Shown here: in pieces, positions 1 to 8,901 of the stretch
How the letters are laid out: every line of letters starts with the position of its first letter
Numbering within the stretch: the first letter of the stretch is position 1
Assembly: GCF_016772275.1 (NCBI RefSeq)
Contig: NZ_CP065425.1
Span: forward strand, 1,680,653-1,704,652
Reading direction: 5' to 3'
Length of the DNA: 24,000 nt
DNA from: Heyndrickxia vini
Lineage (GTDB): Bacteria; Bacillota; Bacilli; Bacillales; Bacillaceae_C
Program-made: the position numbers and the translations under genes
Notes under the pieces: generated by a model
Told to the model about the DNA's origin: nothing
The model's input: the letters and a program-made list of their open reading frames with translations, nothing else
The model's database searches: none

Positions 1-211
1 ATCGTCTTGCGGCTTTTAGAAAAGCCCTTTTATTTCGATGAGAAGGACGTTTCCCAGACCATAATCGATAAATTAGATAAATACAACAAATAATAACAGC
101 CCAAATAAGTAATTGTTTAAATAATGCTCCGGGCTGTTGAAATACTTTTGATCCAAGCCCTATTAAAGCAAGTAGAAAAACTAATCCGATCAACCATTTT
201 TTTGCAACCAA
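1..211 (-). CDS. Small predicted two-helix membrane protein, N-terminal part only (the gene runs off the left edge). It occupies the position of yqhP in B. subtilis.
   Basis: My own minus-strand translation from TTG at 211 (AAGGAGG at 220-226, 8 nt spacing) gives MVAKKWLIGLVFLLALIGLGSKVFQQPGALFKQLLIWAVIICCIYLIYRLWSGKRPSHRNKRAFLKAARR, open down to position 2. It has two hydrophobic segments followed by a basic tail. It is absent from the ORF track because there is no stop codon in the window. Confidence 0.55.
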   Translation of the reverse strand, partial: MVAKKWLIGLVFLLALIGLGSKVFQQPGALFKQLLIWAVIICCIYLIYRLWSGKRPSHRNKRAFLKAARR

Positions 212-263
212 GAAAGCCACCTCCTTACGAGCATCATAAGCATTTTGTCCGCAAATTCATCCT

Positions 264-272
264 TTTATACCA
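264..272 (-). promoter_or_regulatory. Candidate extended -10 promoter (TGgTATAAA on the minus strand) for the yqhP-like gene
   Basis: Plus-strand TTTATACCA at 264-272 reads TGGTATAAA on the minus strand, about 50 nt upstream of the TTG start. There is no good -35 element. Confidence 0.3.
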
Positions 273-348
273 TTTTTTTCACATAATTATTGGATTTCAA
301 ACATGCGAATAAAGATTTAGATAAATTCTAAGTTTAAAATGCTTCATG

Positions 349-1317
349 TTACATTTGCAAAGACTGTGAATCCTCTTTAGAAATTGTTTGATTTTCTTCT
401 ATTTTCAAAAGCTCATTAAAAGATGCTATCGCCACTTCAACTTGATCATCAGAAGGTTCTTTTGTTGTAAGTAACTGTAACCACAGACCAGGGTATCCTA
501 AATAACGGAGAACGGGTACTTCTCTCAATTTGTTTGTAAATTGAAGAACTTCAAAGGAAATTCCTAATACAACAGGTATTAATGCAATACGATCAACTAA
601 ACGTAGCCATAATGGATCAATTGGTACCAACATATAAACAAAGACACCAACGAATACGGTAAAAAGAATAAAGCTGCTTCCACAACGATAATGAAGTCTT
701 GACTGAGATTGGACATTTTCTACAGTAAGTTCTAAATTATTTTCAAATGTATTGATGACTTTATGCTCTGCACCATGATATTGAAACACACGCTTAATAA
801 GAGGTGTTAACGATACAAAGTAAATATAAACCAATAATAGGATTAGTTTTATTAATCCTTCAATAAGTACCTGGGCTATATCGCTTGAAAAGATTGGCTT
901 TGTGAATGATGCTAATATTGCAGGTACAAGTGTAAAAACAAATTTCCCAAAAAGAAATGATAGGACGCCAAGTGTAGCAACCCCTAAAATCATCGTCGTT
1001 TTAGAAACTTTTTCTTCTGCTAAATTTTCATCATTTTCAGGATCCCGATCATACCGTTCACTTGAAAAATTTAAATGTTGTGATCCATTTGCGCTCGCTT
1101 CAAGTATTGCAACAATCCCTCTTAAAAAAGGAATTTTTTTTAGCTTTTGCAATGTGGGGTGTGATTTTCTTGGTAAATAAAAATAATCAATTGTTTGATC
1201 TTTTCTACGAATTGCGGTAACAGTCTGGCTTTTTCCGCCAAACATTACTCCTTCTATTACAGCTTGCCCACCATATGAGGGCTTTTTTTGACTTTCCACT
1301 AATTTTTCACCAACCAT
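349..1317 (-). CDS. yqhQ: DUF1385 family membrane protein YqhQ
   Basis: A 322-aa ORF with an N-terminal YGGQAVIEGVMF motif, a YHGAEHK motif and several hydrophobic helices. It is divergent from yqhR, as in B. subtilis. Confidence 0.85.
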   Translation of the reverse strand: MVGEKLVESQKKPSYGGQAVIEGVMFGGKSQTVTAIRRKDQTIDYFYLPRKSHPTLQKLKKIPFLRGIVAILEASANGSQHLNFSSERYDRDPENDENLAEEKVSKTTMILGVATLGVLSFLFGKFVFTLVPAILASFTKPIFSSDIAQVLIEGLIKLILLLVYIYFVSLTPLIKRVFQYHGAEHKVINTFENNLELTVENVQSQSRLHYRCGSSFILFTVFVGVFVYMLVPIDPLWLRLVDRIALIPVVLGISFEVLQFTNKLREVPVLRYLGYPGLWLQLLTTKEPSDDQVEVAIASFNELLKIEENQTISKEDSQSLQM

Positions 1318-1427
1318 TTCTTTGAATGCAAGACTTATTAAGTTTATTTTACTAAAAAAACAAAATTACGACTAGCTACATTACTTGTGGTTATTCTATA
1401 AATATTACATGTATTTGGGGGTGCGTT

Positions 1428-1925
1428 ATGTCAAATCATAAAGATGAGGTAGAATTTCCAAAAATGTCTTTTCTGTTAATGGCTGTCACAACTGGGTTTG
1501 TCGGTGGAATATTATGGAGTTTAATTGGTTATTTATGTTATTATTTTAACTATTCTACAATCGAACCCAATATTTTATTAGAACCATTTACTGTAGGTAC
1601 TTGGAGAGAAAGTTGGATAGGGATCATTCTTACAATCATTTTGTATGGAATTATTTCAATCGGTGTAGCCTTAGTGTATTATATTCTATTAAAAAAATTG
1701 AATACAATGTGGGTCGGAATCGGTTATGGTTTCGTTCTATTTTTAGTTGTTTTTTTGATTTTAAATCCGATATTTCCTAGTATGAAGCCTTTTTTGCAAA
1801 ATGATATAAATACTTTAATTGCGGCTGCATGTGTTTACATCCTATATGGTCTTTTTATTGGATATTCAATTTCCTATGAACATAATGAAATAAAATATTT
1901 TAAAGAAAAAGAATTGAAGCGATAA
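1428..1925 (+). CDS. yqhR: YqhR family integral membrane protein
   Basis: A 165-aa ORF with about 4 hydrophobic helices and a GGGGG-type SD sequence just upstream of the ATG. Its position between yqhQ and aroQ matches B. subtilis yqhR. Confidence 0.75.
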   Translation: MSNHKDEVEFPKMSFLLMAVTTGFVGGILWSLIGYLCYYFNYSTIEPNILLEPFTVGTWRESWIGIILTIILYGIISIGVALVYYILLKKLNTMWVGIGYGFVLFLVVFLILNPIFPSMKPFLQNDINTLIAAACVYILYGLFIGYSISYEHNEIKYFKEKELKR

Positions 1926-2001
1926 TATTTGTGATAAAATGTGTTGTGTAGAAAATTCATAACAATTTCTACAAATACCATTTTTAAAGGTGCGTTTGAT
2001 T

Positions 2002-2445
2002 ATGAAAATTTTATTATTAAATGGACCTAATTTAAATTTATTAGGTAAAAGAGAACCAAATGTTTATGGGAAGAATACGCTAAAAACTTTGTATCAACGC
2101 TTTAGTGAATTGGAAAAAGAATATAATGTTGAAGTAGTTTCGTTTCAATCCAATCATGAGGGTGAACTTATTGACAAATTACATGAAACAAGTGATGGAA
2201 ACTTTTTAGGGGTTATTTTCAATCCCGGCGCTTTTACCCATTATAGTTACGCAATTCGCGATGCCATTGCTTCAATTGATGTACCTGTAATTGAAGTGCA
2301 TATTTCAAATGTGCATAATCGAGAGGAATTCCGAAGGGAATCGGTCATTTCACCTGTGACTGCAGGACAAATTGTCGGATTAGGACTATTTGGTTATGAA
2401 TTAGCGTTAAAAGCATTAGTAGAATACATAGGTAAGGGAGAGTAA
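2002..2445 (+). CDS. aroQ: Type II 3-dehydroquinate dehydratase
   Basis: The protein reads MKILLLNGPNLNLLGKREPNVYG ... FNPGAFTHYS ... EVHISNVHNREEFR, which is the type II dehydroquinase signature. I moved the start from the track's GTG at 1990 to the ATG at 2002, because AAAGGTG at 1986-1992 lies 9 nt upstream of that ATG. Confidence 0.93.
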   Translation: MKILLLNGPNLNLLGKREPNVYGKNTLKTLYQRFSELEKEYNVEVVSFQSNHEGELIDKLHETSDGNFLGVIFNPGAFTHYSYAIRDAIASIDVPVIEVHISNVHNREEFRRESVISPVTAGQIVGLGLFGYELALKALVEYIGKGE

Positions 2446-2448
2446 AGA

Positions 2449-3510
2449 ATGCAAAAACTAGAGAAACTACGCAATCAATTTTCTAAGCAAGGAATTGATG
2501 GAATTTTAATTACAAGTCCATACAATCGGCGATATATGACTAATTTTACAGGAACAGCTGGTGTTGTACTAATTTCTGAAACACAAGCACTTTTTATTAC
2601 TGATTTTCGTTACGTAGAACAAGCCTCAAAACAAGCCCAAGGTTTTGAAATTATTCAACATAAAGGAATTATCCATGAGGAAATTGCACAGCAGCTTGTT
2701 GCACTGGGAATTAAAAAACTTGGATTTGAACAGGACTACGTGAACTATTCCGATTATACTCTTTATGAGAAAGCTTTTTCTGTAGATTTAGTTCCGGTTT
2801 CGCGTTTAATTGAAAATTTACGCTTGATTAAGACTGAATCAGAGATTAAGATATTAAAGGAAGCAGCCGACATTGCTGATGCTGCATTTAAACATATATT
2901 AGATTATATTAAGCCTGGTGTTACGGAGCTTGAAGTATCCAATGAACTTGAGTTTTTCATGAGAAAAGCAGGTGCAACTTCTTCATCTTTCGATACTATT
3001 GTTGCTTCTGGAACAAGATCTGCACTTCCGCATGGGGTTGCCTCCGATAAAGTAATTGAAAAAGGCGATTTTGTTACTTTGGACTACGGTGCCCTTCATA
3101 AAGGATATGTTTCTGATATTACTCGTACTGTCGCGGTAGGCGAACCATCAGATAAGTTGAAAGAAATTTACGATGTTGTTTTAGAATCACAATTGCTCGC
3201 TATGGAAAAAATTAAACCAGGAATGACAGGTATTGAAGCTGATGCTATTGCCAGAAATTATATTTCTGAAAAAGGGTACGGTGAATACTTTGGTCATTCC
3301 CTTGGACATGGAATTGGTCTAGAAGTTCATGAAGGACCTGCATTATCAGTAAGATCTGATATTGTCCTGCAACCTGGTATGGTTGTGACTGTTGAACCAG
3401 GGATTTATTTACCTGGTGTTGGTGGAGTTCGCATTGAAGATGACACTTTAATAACAGAGGATTCGAATGAAAAGTTAACTCATTCAACTAAAGACTTAAT
3501 TATTCTTTAA
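2449..3510 (+). CDS. yqhT: M24B family Xaa-Pro aminopeptidase/dipeptidase
   Basis: A 353-aa ORF with creatinase-like N-terminal and pita-bread C-terminal domains. Metal-ligand motifs are present: DYG...SDITRT, HSLGHGIGLEVHE, EPGIY and GGVRIED. It sits between aroQ and efp, as in B. subtilis. Confidence 0.9.
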   Translation: MQKLEKLRNQFSKQGIDGILITSPYNRRYMTNFTGTAGVVLISETQALFITDFRYVEQASKQAQGFEIIQHKGIIHEEIAQQLVALGIKKLGFEQDYVNYSDYTLYEKAFSVDLVPVSRLIENLRLIKTESEIKILKEAADIADAAFKHILDYIKPGVTELEVSNELEFFMRKAGATSSSFDTIVASGTRSALPHGVASDKVIEKGDFVTLDYGALHKGYVSDITRTVAVGEPSDKLKEIYDVVLESQLLAMEKIKPGMTGIEADAIARNYISEKGYGEYFGHSLGHGIGLEVHEGPALSVRSDIVLQPGMVVTVEPGIYLPGVGGVRIEDDTLITEDSNEKLTHSTKDLIIL

Positions 3511-3579
3511 TATGATTTTGAACCTCAGTACATTAAGGAACGATTCCTTAATTCTGAATAAATAGGAGGAAGAAACAAC

Positions 3580-4137
3580 ATGATATCAGTTAATGATTTT
3601 CGAACTGGTTTAACAATCGAAGTAGATGGCGGAATATGGAGAGTAATGGACTTCCAACATGTTAAACCTGGTAAAGGTGCAGCGTTCGTTCGCTCTAAAT
3701 TACGTAACTTAAGAACCGGTGCCATTCAAGAAAAAACTTTCCGTGCGGGAGAAAAAGTAGGAAAGGCACAAATTGATAATCGCAGAATGCAATATCTTTA
3801 TGCAAGCGGAGATCAACACGTATTTATGGACAACGAATCATACGAACAAATTGAATTAAGTTCGGCAGCAATTGATTATGAATTGAAGTTTCTTAAAGAA
3901 AATATGGAAGTACACATTATGATGTACCAAGGGGAAACGCTTGGGGTTGAACTTCCAAACACAGTAGAACTTACAGTAACTGAAACAGAACCAGGAATTA
4001 AAGGAGATACTGCTTCAGGCGGTTCGAAACCTGCAACAGTTGAAACTGGTTTAATTGTTCAAGTTCCTTTCTTCGTGAACGAAGGAGATAAATTAATTGT
4101 TAATACAACAGACGGTTCGTACGTTTCACGTGCATAA
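3580..4137 (+). CDS. efp: Translation elongation factor P
   Basis: A 185-aa ORF reading [17 protein letters not shown]...[21 protein letters not shown], with the conserved KPGKG loop. AGGAGG lies upstream. Confidence 0.97.
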   Translation: MISVNDFRTGLTIEVDGGIWRVMDFQHVKPGKGAAFVRSKLRNLRTGAIQEKTFRAGEKVGKAQIDNRRMQYLYASGDQHVFMDNESYEQIELSSAAIDYELKFLKENMEVHIMMYQGETLGVELPNTVELTVTETEPGIKGDTASGGSKPATVETGLIVQVPFFVNEGDKLIVNTTDGSYVSRA

Positions 4138-4150
4138 ACGGAAGTGTAAA

Positions 4151-4193
4151 GCTGTTCAAAAGGTTTAAATAACCTTTTGAACAGCTTTTTTTT
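4151..4193 (+). terminator. Rho-independent terminator after efp
   Basis: A perfect 13-bp stem, GCTGTTCAAAAGG (4151-4163) pairing with CCTTTTGAACAGC (4173-4185), is followed by a T8 run. Confidence 0.88.
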
Positions 4194-4205
4194 ATTCTAT
4201 TTTAG

Positions 4206-4233
4206 TCATACTCCTTTGTAGTGTGAATACATA
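4206..4233 (+). promoter_or_regulatory. Candidate sigma-E-type promoter for the spoIIIA operon
   Basis: TCATACT (4206-4212) resembles the sigma-E -35 consensus (xHATAxx). It is followed by a 13-nt spacer and then AATACATA (4226-4233), which resembles the -10 consensus CATACAxT. This is a motif match only. Confidence 0.3.
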
Positions 4234-4303
4234 TTAATATTGGGAGATATGTACAAGCATTTGAAAAAAATTATAAGAGCAGCAACATAAGGAGGAACGA
4301 ACG

Positions 4304-5233
4304 TTGGAAAATATTCTTGCATTCTTACCAAAACCAATTTCAGAAAAAATCCGCGAATTGCCAGCTCCCATTTTAAATACAATGGAGGAAATAAGAATCC
4401 GAATAAGCCGGCCACTGGAAGTTTCGACAAGAGGGAAACCGTATTTCCTTCCATACCTGGTTTCTGAACAAGATGCAGAGCAATTAATTAATAAGCTAGC
4501 TAATTATTCGTTTTATACATTAGAAGAGGAATTACAAAAAGGGTACATCACAATTCCGGGTGGTCATCGGGTTGGATTAGCAGGAAAGGTCATTCTTGAA
4601 AATGGATCAGTGAAAGCAATTAGAAATTTAGCATCCTTTAATTTTAGAATTGCAAGAGAAAAAATCGGCATTTCAGAACCTTTCCTTCCATTTCTTTATC
4701 AGGGTAAATGGAAACATACGATGATCATTGGCGCCCCACAAACAGGGAAAACAACCTTGTTACGAGATATTGCTAGATTGATTTCAACCGGAAGTAAAGA
4801 AAAAGAAATTCCTCCATTAAAAGTAGGAATAGTCGATGAGCGCTCCGAAATCGCCGGTTGTGTACGTGGGATTCCTCAATTAACCTTCGGTCCGAGGATT
4901 GACATTTTAGACGCTTGTCCAAAAGCGGAAGGAATGATGATGCTTATTCGTTCGATGAGTCCGGATGTTCTCGTTGTGGATGAAATAGGCAGGGAAGAAG
5001 ATAGCGTCGCGATTATGGAAGCGATTAATGCGGGAATTACATTGATTATGACTACACATGGAAATTCATTCGAAGAGATAAAAAAACGGCCAATATTAAG
5101 GGGAATTTTGGATCAGCATGTATTTGAAAATTACCTTGAACTTTCCAGAAGAAATGGCCCTGGAACAATTAAAAAGTTTCTTGATGGGTATGGCAATGAA
5201 AAGAAAATTAAAGCTGGTGTTATGAGTGGTTAG
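4304..5233 (+). CDS. spoIIIAA: Stage III sporulation protein AA (ATPase of the SpoIIIA-SpoIIQ channel)
   Basis: A 309-aa ORF with a TTG start and GGAGGA upstream. It carries Walker A GAPQTGKTT and Walker B VLVVDEIG motifs and is the first gene of an eight-gene cluster in canonical order. Confidence 0.93.
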   Translation: MENILAFLPKPISEKIRELPAPILNTMEEIRIRISRPLEVSTRGKPYFLPYLVSEQDAEQLINKLANYSFYTLEEELQKGYITIPGGHRVGLAGKVILENGSVKAIRNLASFNFRIAREKIGISEPFLPFLYQGKWKHTMIIGAPQTGKTTLLRDIARLISTGSKEKEIPPLKVGIVDERSEIAGCVRGIPQLTFGPRIDILDACPKAEGMMMLIRSMSPDVLVVDEIGREEDSVAIMEAINAGITLIMTTHGNSFEEIKKRPILRGILDQHVFENYLELSRRNGPGTIKKFLDGYGNEKKIKAGVMSG

Positions 5234-5741
5234 TGTGATTGGAGCTATATTTATTATTCTATCTACAACATGGGTAGGGTTTGAACTTTCAAGACATTTA
5301 AGTGAGAGACCGAAGCAGTTAAGGATGCTACGCACAGCTTTACAATCATTAGAAGCGGAAATCATGTATGGTCACACACCTCTACACGAGGCGTCAAGAA
5401 AATTAGCTGCACAATTACCTAGACCAATCTCCATTATTTTTGAGAGATTCTCACAAAAATTAACGACTATGGAAACGACGGTTAAAAAAGCTTGGGAAGA
5501 AAGCTTACAGGAAATTTGGAAAATTACTGCATTAAAAAAAAGTGAATACGAAATCCTCATTCAATTTGGTGAAACATTAGGAAAGCATGATCGTGTAACT
5601 GAACAAAAGCAAATTATTCTCACATTAACACATTTGGAACGTGAGGAGTCAGAGGCACGGGATAGACAACAAAAATATGAAAAAATGATGAAAAGCTTAG
5701 GTTTTCTTTCGGGTCTTTTAATCGTAATTTTGCTTTTGTAG
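5226..5741 (+). CDS. spoIIIAB: Stage III sporulation protein AB
   Basis: A 171-aa ORF with a GTG start overlapping the spoIIIAA stop. It has terminal TM helices, and the sequence RPKQLRMLRTALQSLEAEIMYGHTPLHEA matches my remembered B. subtilis SpoIIIAB. Confidence 0.9.
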   Translation: MVSVIGAIFIILSTTWVGFELSRHLSERPKQLRMLRTALQSLEAEIMYGHTPLHEASRKLAAQLPRPISIIFERFSQKLTTMETTVKKAWEESLQEIWKITALKKSEYEILIQFGETLGKHDRVTEQKQIILTLTHLEREESEARDRQQKYEKMMKSLGFLSGLLIVILLL

Positions 5742-5753
5742 GAGGAATAAGTT

Positions 5754-5960
5754 GTGGGGATAGATGTAGATGTAATCTTTAAAATAGCTGGAGTCGGTAT
5801 TGTCGTTGCATTTTTGCACACGATTTTAGATCAAGTTGGAAAAAAGGAATATGCTCAATGGGTTACATTATTTGGGTTTTTATATATTTTATTTTTAGTA
5901 GCTTCAATCGTCGATGATTTATTTCAAAAAATAAAGTCGGTCTTCCTATTTCAAGGCTAG
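5754..5960 (+). CDS. spoIIIAC: Stage III sporulation protein AC
   Basis: A 68-aa ORF with a GTG start and AGGAGGA 7 nt upstream. MGIDVDVIFKIAGVGIVVAFLHTILDQVGKKEYAQWVTL is near-identical to remembered B. subtilis SpoIIIAC. Confidence 0.93.
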   Translation: MGIDVDVIFKIAGVGIVVAFLHTILDQVGKKEYAQWVTLFGFLYILFLVASIVDDLFQKIKSVFLFQG

Positions 5961-5974
5961 AGGAGGGATTAAGG

Positions 5975-6367
5975 ATTGAAATCTTAAAAATAGTAGGGAT
6001 TGCCTTAATCACAACTTTTCTTGCATTAATCATTAAAGAACAGAAACCTAATTTTGCATTTTTATTAGTGTTATTTGTCGGTTGTGCGATTTTTATTTAT
6101 TTAGTAGATCAAGTTTACGCGATTATACAGATGGTAGAACGAATTGCTGCCAATGCGAACGTCAATACGATCTATGTAAAAACAATCCTAAAAATTATTG
6201 GCATAGCATATATTGCTGAATTTGCTTCACATATTTCAAAAGATGCTGGGCAAGGGGCTATGGCTGCAAAGGTTGAACTAGCAGGGAAAATATTAATCTT
6301 AGCAATGGCAATACCCATTTTGACGGTGTTAATCGAAACTGTCATTAATTTAGTTCCGAAAGGATAG
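5975..6367 (+). CDS. spoIIIAD: Stage III sporulation protein AD, with a probable non-canonical ATT start (the ORF track truncates it to 6068..6367)
   Basis: The frame is open from 5918. Translation from 5975 gives IEILKIVGIALITTFLALIIKEQKPNFAFLLVLFVGCAIF..., which restores the conserved first TM helix. AGGAGGG at 5961-5967 lies 7 nt upstream of the ATT at 5975, and there is no in-frame ATG, GTG or TTG before 6068. Confidence 0.82.
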   Translation: MEILKIVGIALITTFLALIIKEQKPNFAFLLVLFVGCAIFIYLVDQVYAIIQMVERIAANANVNTIYVKTILKIIGIAYIAEFASHISKDAGQGAMAAKVELAGKILILAMAIPILTVLIETVINLVPKG

Positions 6368-6390
6368 ACCGAGTGATGAGGTGAAAAAAT

Positions 6391-7575
6391 TTGCGGCAAT
6401 GGTTCCCGATTTTCACTATACTACTGATTTTTTTTATTGGACAAGATACCGTTCATGCGGCCACTTCGAGCGAAAACAATTCTACCATTCAGGACGAGCT
6501 TGTTGAAAAACAGATGAACGATTTAGGTGTAAATGAATTAAAACAGTATTGGGAAAAAATCATCGATGAATATGGTGGTTATTTACCCGATAGCCAAAAA
6601 GGAAGTTTAATTGATTTTATTAAAGGTGAAAAAGACTTTTCATTAAATCAATGGTTTCATGGAATCTTAAAATTTTTCTTCCATGAACTGATAGCCAATG
6701 GTAAATTGCTGGGATCGTTAATTATTTTAACTATTTTTAGTATGTTTCTTCAGTCACTTCATAATGCATTTGAACAGGGGACAATAAGTAAGGTTGCCTA
6801 TGCGATCGTATTTATTGTAATTATTATTTTAGCTTTAAATAGTTTTCATGTAGCAATTGATTACGCCAAAAATGCCATAACGATGATGATTAACTTTATT
6901 GTAGCGATTATTCCTCTTTTATTGGCATTAATATCAACCTCTGGCGGTGTTACTTCAGCGGCATTTTTTCATCCAGTTATTCTCTTTCTCATGAATACTA
7001 GCGGTATTCTCGTACAGTATATCGTCCTACCATTATTATTATTGTCTACTGTTCTAAGTATCGTTAGCACATTATCAGAATATAAAGCAACACAATTAGC
7101 GCAATTATTAAGAAACTGTAGCATTGGATTACTTGGAATCTTTATGACGATATTTTTAGGAGTTATATCCGTCCAAGGAACAGCATCTGCAGTTGCAGAT
7201 GGAATTACAATACGAACAGCTAAATTCGTTACCGGAAATTTTATCCCAGTCGTGGGAAGGATGTTTACGGACGCTGCTGATACAGTCATCAGTGCTTCTG
7301 TATTATTGAAAAATACTTTAGGAATCGCGGGGGTAGCGATCGTTCTTATTATCGCAGCATTTCCTGCAATTAAAATTTTAGTCCTTGCCTTTATGTTTAA
7401 ATTTACAGCGGCAATTATACAGCCGATTGGCAATGGTCCTGTCATACGTTGTCTGGATACAATCAGCAAAAATATGGTCTTTGTTTTTGCAGCATTAGCC
7501 ATTGTCGCGTTTATGTTTTTTTTAAGTATCACAATTATTATTACAGCCGGAAATATTACAATCATGATGCGCTAA
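6391..7575 (+). CDS. spoIIIAE: Stage III sporulation protein AE (polytopic membrane protein)
   Basis: A 394-aa ORF with a TTG start and GAGGTG 7 nt upstream. It has a signal-like N-terminus ending VHA-A, and long identity stretches to remembered B. subtilis SpoIIIAE (GKLLGSLIILTIF, SGGVTSAAFFHPVILFLMNTSG, TAKFVTGNFIPVVGRMFTDA). Confidence 0.94.
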   Translation: MRQWFPIFTILLIFFIGQDTVHAATSSENNSTIQDELVEKQMNDLGVNELKQYWEKIIDEYGGYLPDSQKGSLIDFIKGEKDFSLNQWFHGILKFFFHELIANGKLLGSLIILTIFSMFLQSLHNAFEQGTISKVAYAIVFIVIIILALNSFHVAIDYAKNAITMMINFIVAIIPLLLALISTSGGVTSAAFFHPVILFLMNTSGILVQYIVLPLLLLSTVLSIVSTLSEYKATQLAQLLRNCSIGLLGIFMTIFLGVISVQGTASAVADGITIRTAKFVTGNFIPVVGRMFTDAADTVISASVLLKNTLGIAGVAIVLIIAAFPAIKILVLAFMFKFTAAIIQPIGNGPVIRCLDTISKNMVFVFAALAIVAFMFFLSITIIITAGNITIMMR

Positions 7576-7615
7576 ATTAAAGTAAATACTTGTCATTTGG
7601 GGAGGGGTGACGTTT

Positions 7616-8245
7616 TTGTCTTTTATTACTGAATGGATTATGAATATTGTTGTATTCATCTTACTAGCGATGATTGTCGATATGCTCCTACCAAACTCGG
7701 CAATGAAAAAATATACAAAAATGGTTACCGGTCTGTTGTTAATTGCCATTATTTTAACCCCTCTTCTAAAAGTGGTAGCGAAAGATTTTGATCAGGTTGT
7801 TGCATCGTTTTCAAACAAAAAAATAATAGACAATAATAAAATAGAAAATTTAATAGAATCGAAAAAAAAAGAAATACAAGCGGGACAAGTTGAATATACA
7901 TTAGAACAAGTGGGTGAAAAAATGAAAAATGATGTCAAAGAGGAGTTGATAGACAGATTTGATAAGGATATTCAACAAATAAAGATAGATTCTAAAGATC
8001 AAGTTGCAGAAAACGAAAATCCGATAGAAAAAGTGATTGTTTATTTAGGAGAAGCAAAGAAAGAAGATTCCGTTCCAATCATTAAACCAGTTGATATCAG
8101 CATAGGGGAAGAAGAGCCGAAAGTAGGGGTGGATAGTAGAGAAAATGAAAGCATATTATCAATGCTATCCGAACGCTGGGGAATAACTCCCGACCAAATT
8201 GAACTCCATAATGGAGAGGGGGTTCTAAATCAAAATGAGCAATAA
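7616..8245 (+). CDS. spoIIIAF: Stage III sporulation protein AF
   Basis: The ORF-track GTG at 7607 lies only 1 nt after GGAGG (7601-7605). The TTG at 7616 has 10 nt spacing and gives (M)SFITEWIMNIVVFILLAMIVDMLLPNSAMKKYTKMV, which matches the B. subtilis N-terminus MSFLTEW. Confidence 0.9.
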   Translation: MSFITEWIMNIVVFILLAMIVDMLLPNSAMKKYTKMVTGLLLIAIILTPLLKVVAKDFDQVVASFSNKKIIDNNKIENLIESKKKEIQAGQVEYTLEQVGEKMKNDVKEELIDRFDKDIQQIKIDSKDQVAENENPIEKVIVYLGEAKKEDSVPIIKPVDISIGEEEPKVGVDSRENESILSMLSERWGITPDQIELHNGEGVLNQNEQ

Positions 8246-8888
8246 TAAAGGTCCGATCGATTGGATTAAAGAAAAACTTTTTCAGTCAAATGGAAAAGAT
8301 ACGAGTAAAAAAAGCAAAAAATATCAATATTTTTTAATTGTATTAGTATGCGGAATTGCTTTCATGCTCATCAGTGATATATGGAAAAGCGGAAATAAAG
8401 AAACATCCACATCTGTTTATAGTGCGCCAAATAATCAAAAAGAAGTTGAAACATTTGGATCAGGTAATAAAAATCAAAATAAATCCATGAAAGATTATGA
8501 AATGCAGTTTGAAACAGAGTTAAAGGATGCGTTAGAACAAATATCAGGGGTTGGAAAGGTGCGAGTGATTGTAAATCTAGAAGCCACAGAGAGTAAAGTG
8601 TATGAAAAAAATACAGTCATTCAAAATCAAACAACGACAGAAACGGATCCAAACGGTGGTGAGCGTAAGATTGAAGATTTATCGAAAGATGAGAAGCTCG
8701 TTGTGATTAGGGATGGAGATAAAGAAGTACCATTAGTTACAGAAACAAAAAAACCAGCTATTCGAGGCGTTCTTGTTATAGCTGATGGGGCCAAAAATGT
8801 ATTCATTAAAAGCACCATCATTGAAGCAGTATCAAGAGTTTTAGATGTTCCGAGCCATCGTGTATCTGTTCAACCTAAAAAAAGCTAA
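8235..8888 (+). CDS. spoIIIAG: Stage III sporulation protein AG
   Basis: A 217-aa ORF overlapping the spoIIIAF end by 11 nt. It has an N-terminal TM helix and the C-terminal sequence KKPAIRGVLVIADGAKNVFIKSTIIEAVSRVLDVPSHRVSVQPKK, typical of SpoIIIAG. Confidence 0.93.
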   Translation: MSNNKGPIDWIKEKLFQSNGKDTSKKSKKYQYFLIVLVCGIAFMLISDIWKSGNKETSTSVYSAPNNQKEVETFGSGNKNQNKSMKDYEMQFETELKDALEQISGVGKVRVIVNLEATESKVYEKNTVIQNQTTTETDPNGGERKIEDLSKDEKLVVIRDGDKEVPLVTETKKPAIRGVLVIADGAKNVFIKSTIIEAVSRVLDVPSHRVSVQPKKS

Positions 8889-8901
8889 GGGGGATATATC
8901 T

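Noticed and set aside
124-312. ORF-track + strand ORF of 62 aa
   Set aside because: It lies antisense to the better-supported minus-strand yqhP-like gene (which has an SD and TM helices), has no SD of its own, and has odd composition.
1948-1972. AT-rich hairpin GTAGAAA..TTTCTAC between yqhR and aroQ, considered as a terminator
   Set aside because: It has only 7 contiguous A/T-rich base pairs with a bulge and no downstream T-run, which is too weak to call.
6969-7565. Antisense ORF of 198 aa inside spoIIIAE. Similar antisense or overlapping ORFs are at 902-1180, 3245-3487, 3525-3725, 4206-4454, 5096-5365, 5372-5560, 5561-5821, 6172-6399, 7522-7749, 8627-8821, 10356-10688, 11061-11279, 13829-14050, 16259-16642, 16811-17014, 17364-17546, 18221-18469, 18586-18777, 18774-18998 and 23359-23568.
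   Set aside because: All lie opposite or overlapping strongly conserved genes, lack SD sequences, and have the mirror-codon, low-complexity composition typical of shadow ORFs.
8100-8235. Search for the internal sigma-E promoter known in B. subtilis within spoIIIAF, upstream of spoIIIAG
   Set aside because: I found only weak partial matches, such as TCATTAA...CATAGGGG. This is not enough to call a promoter from sequence alone.
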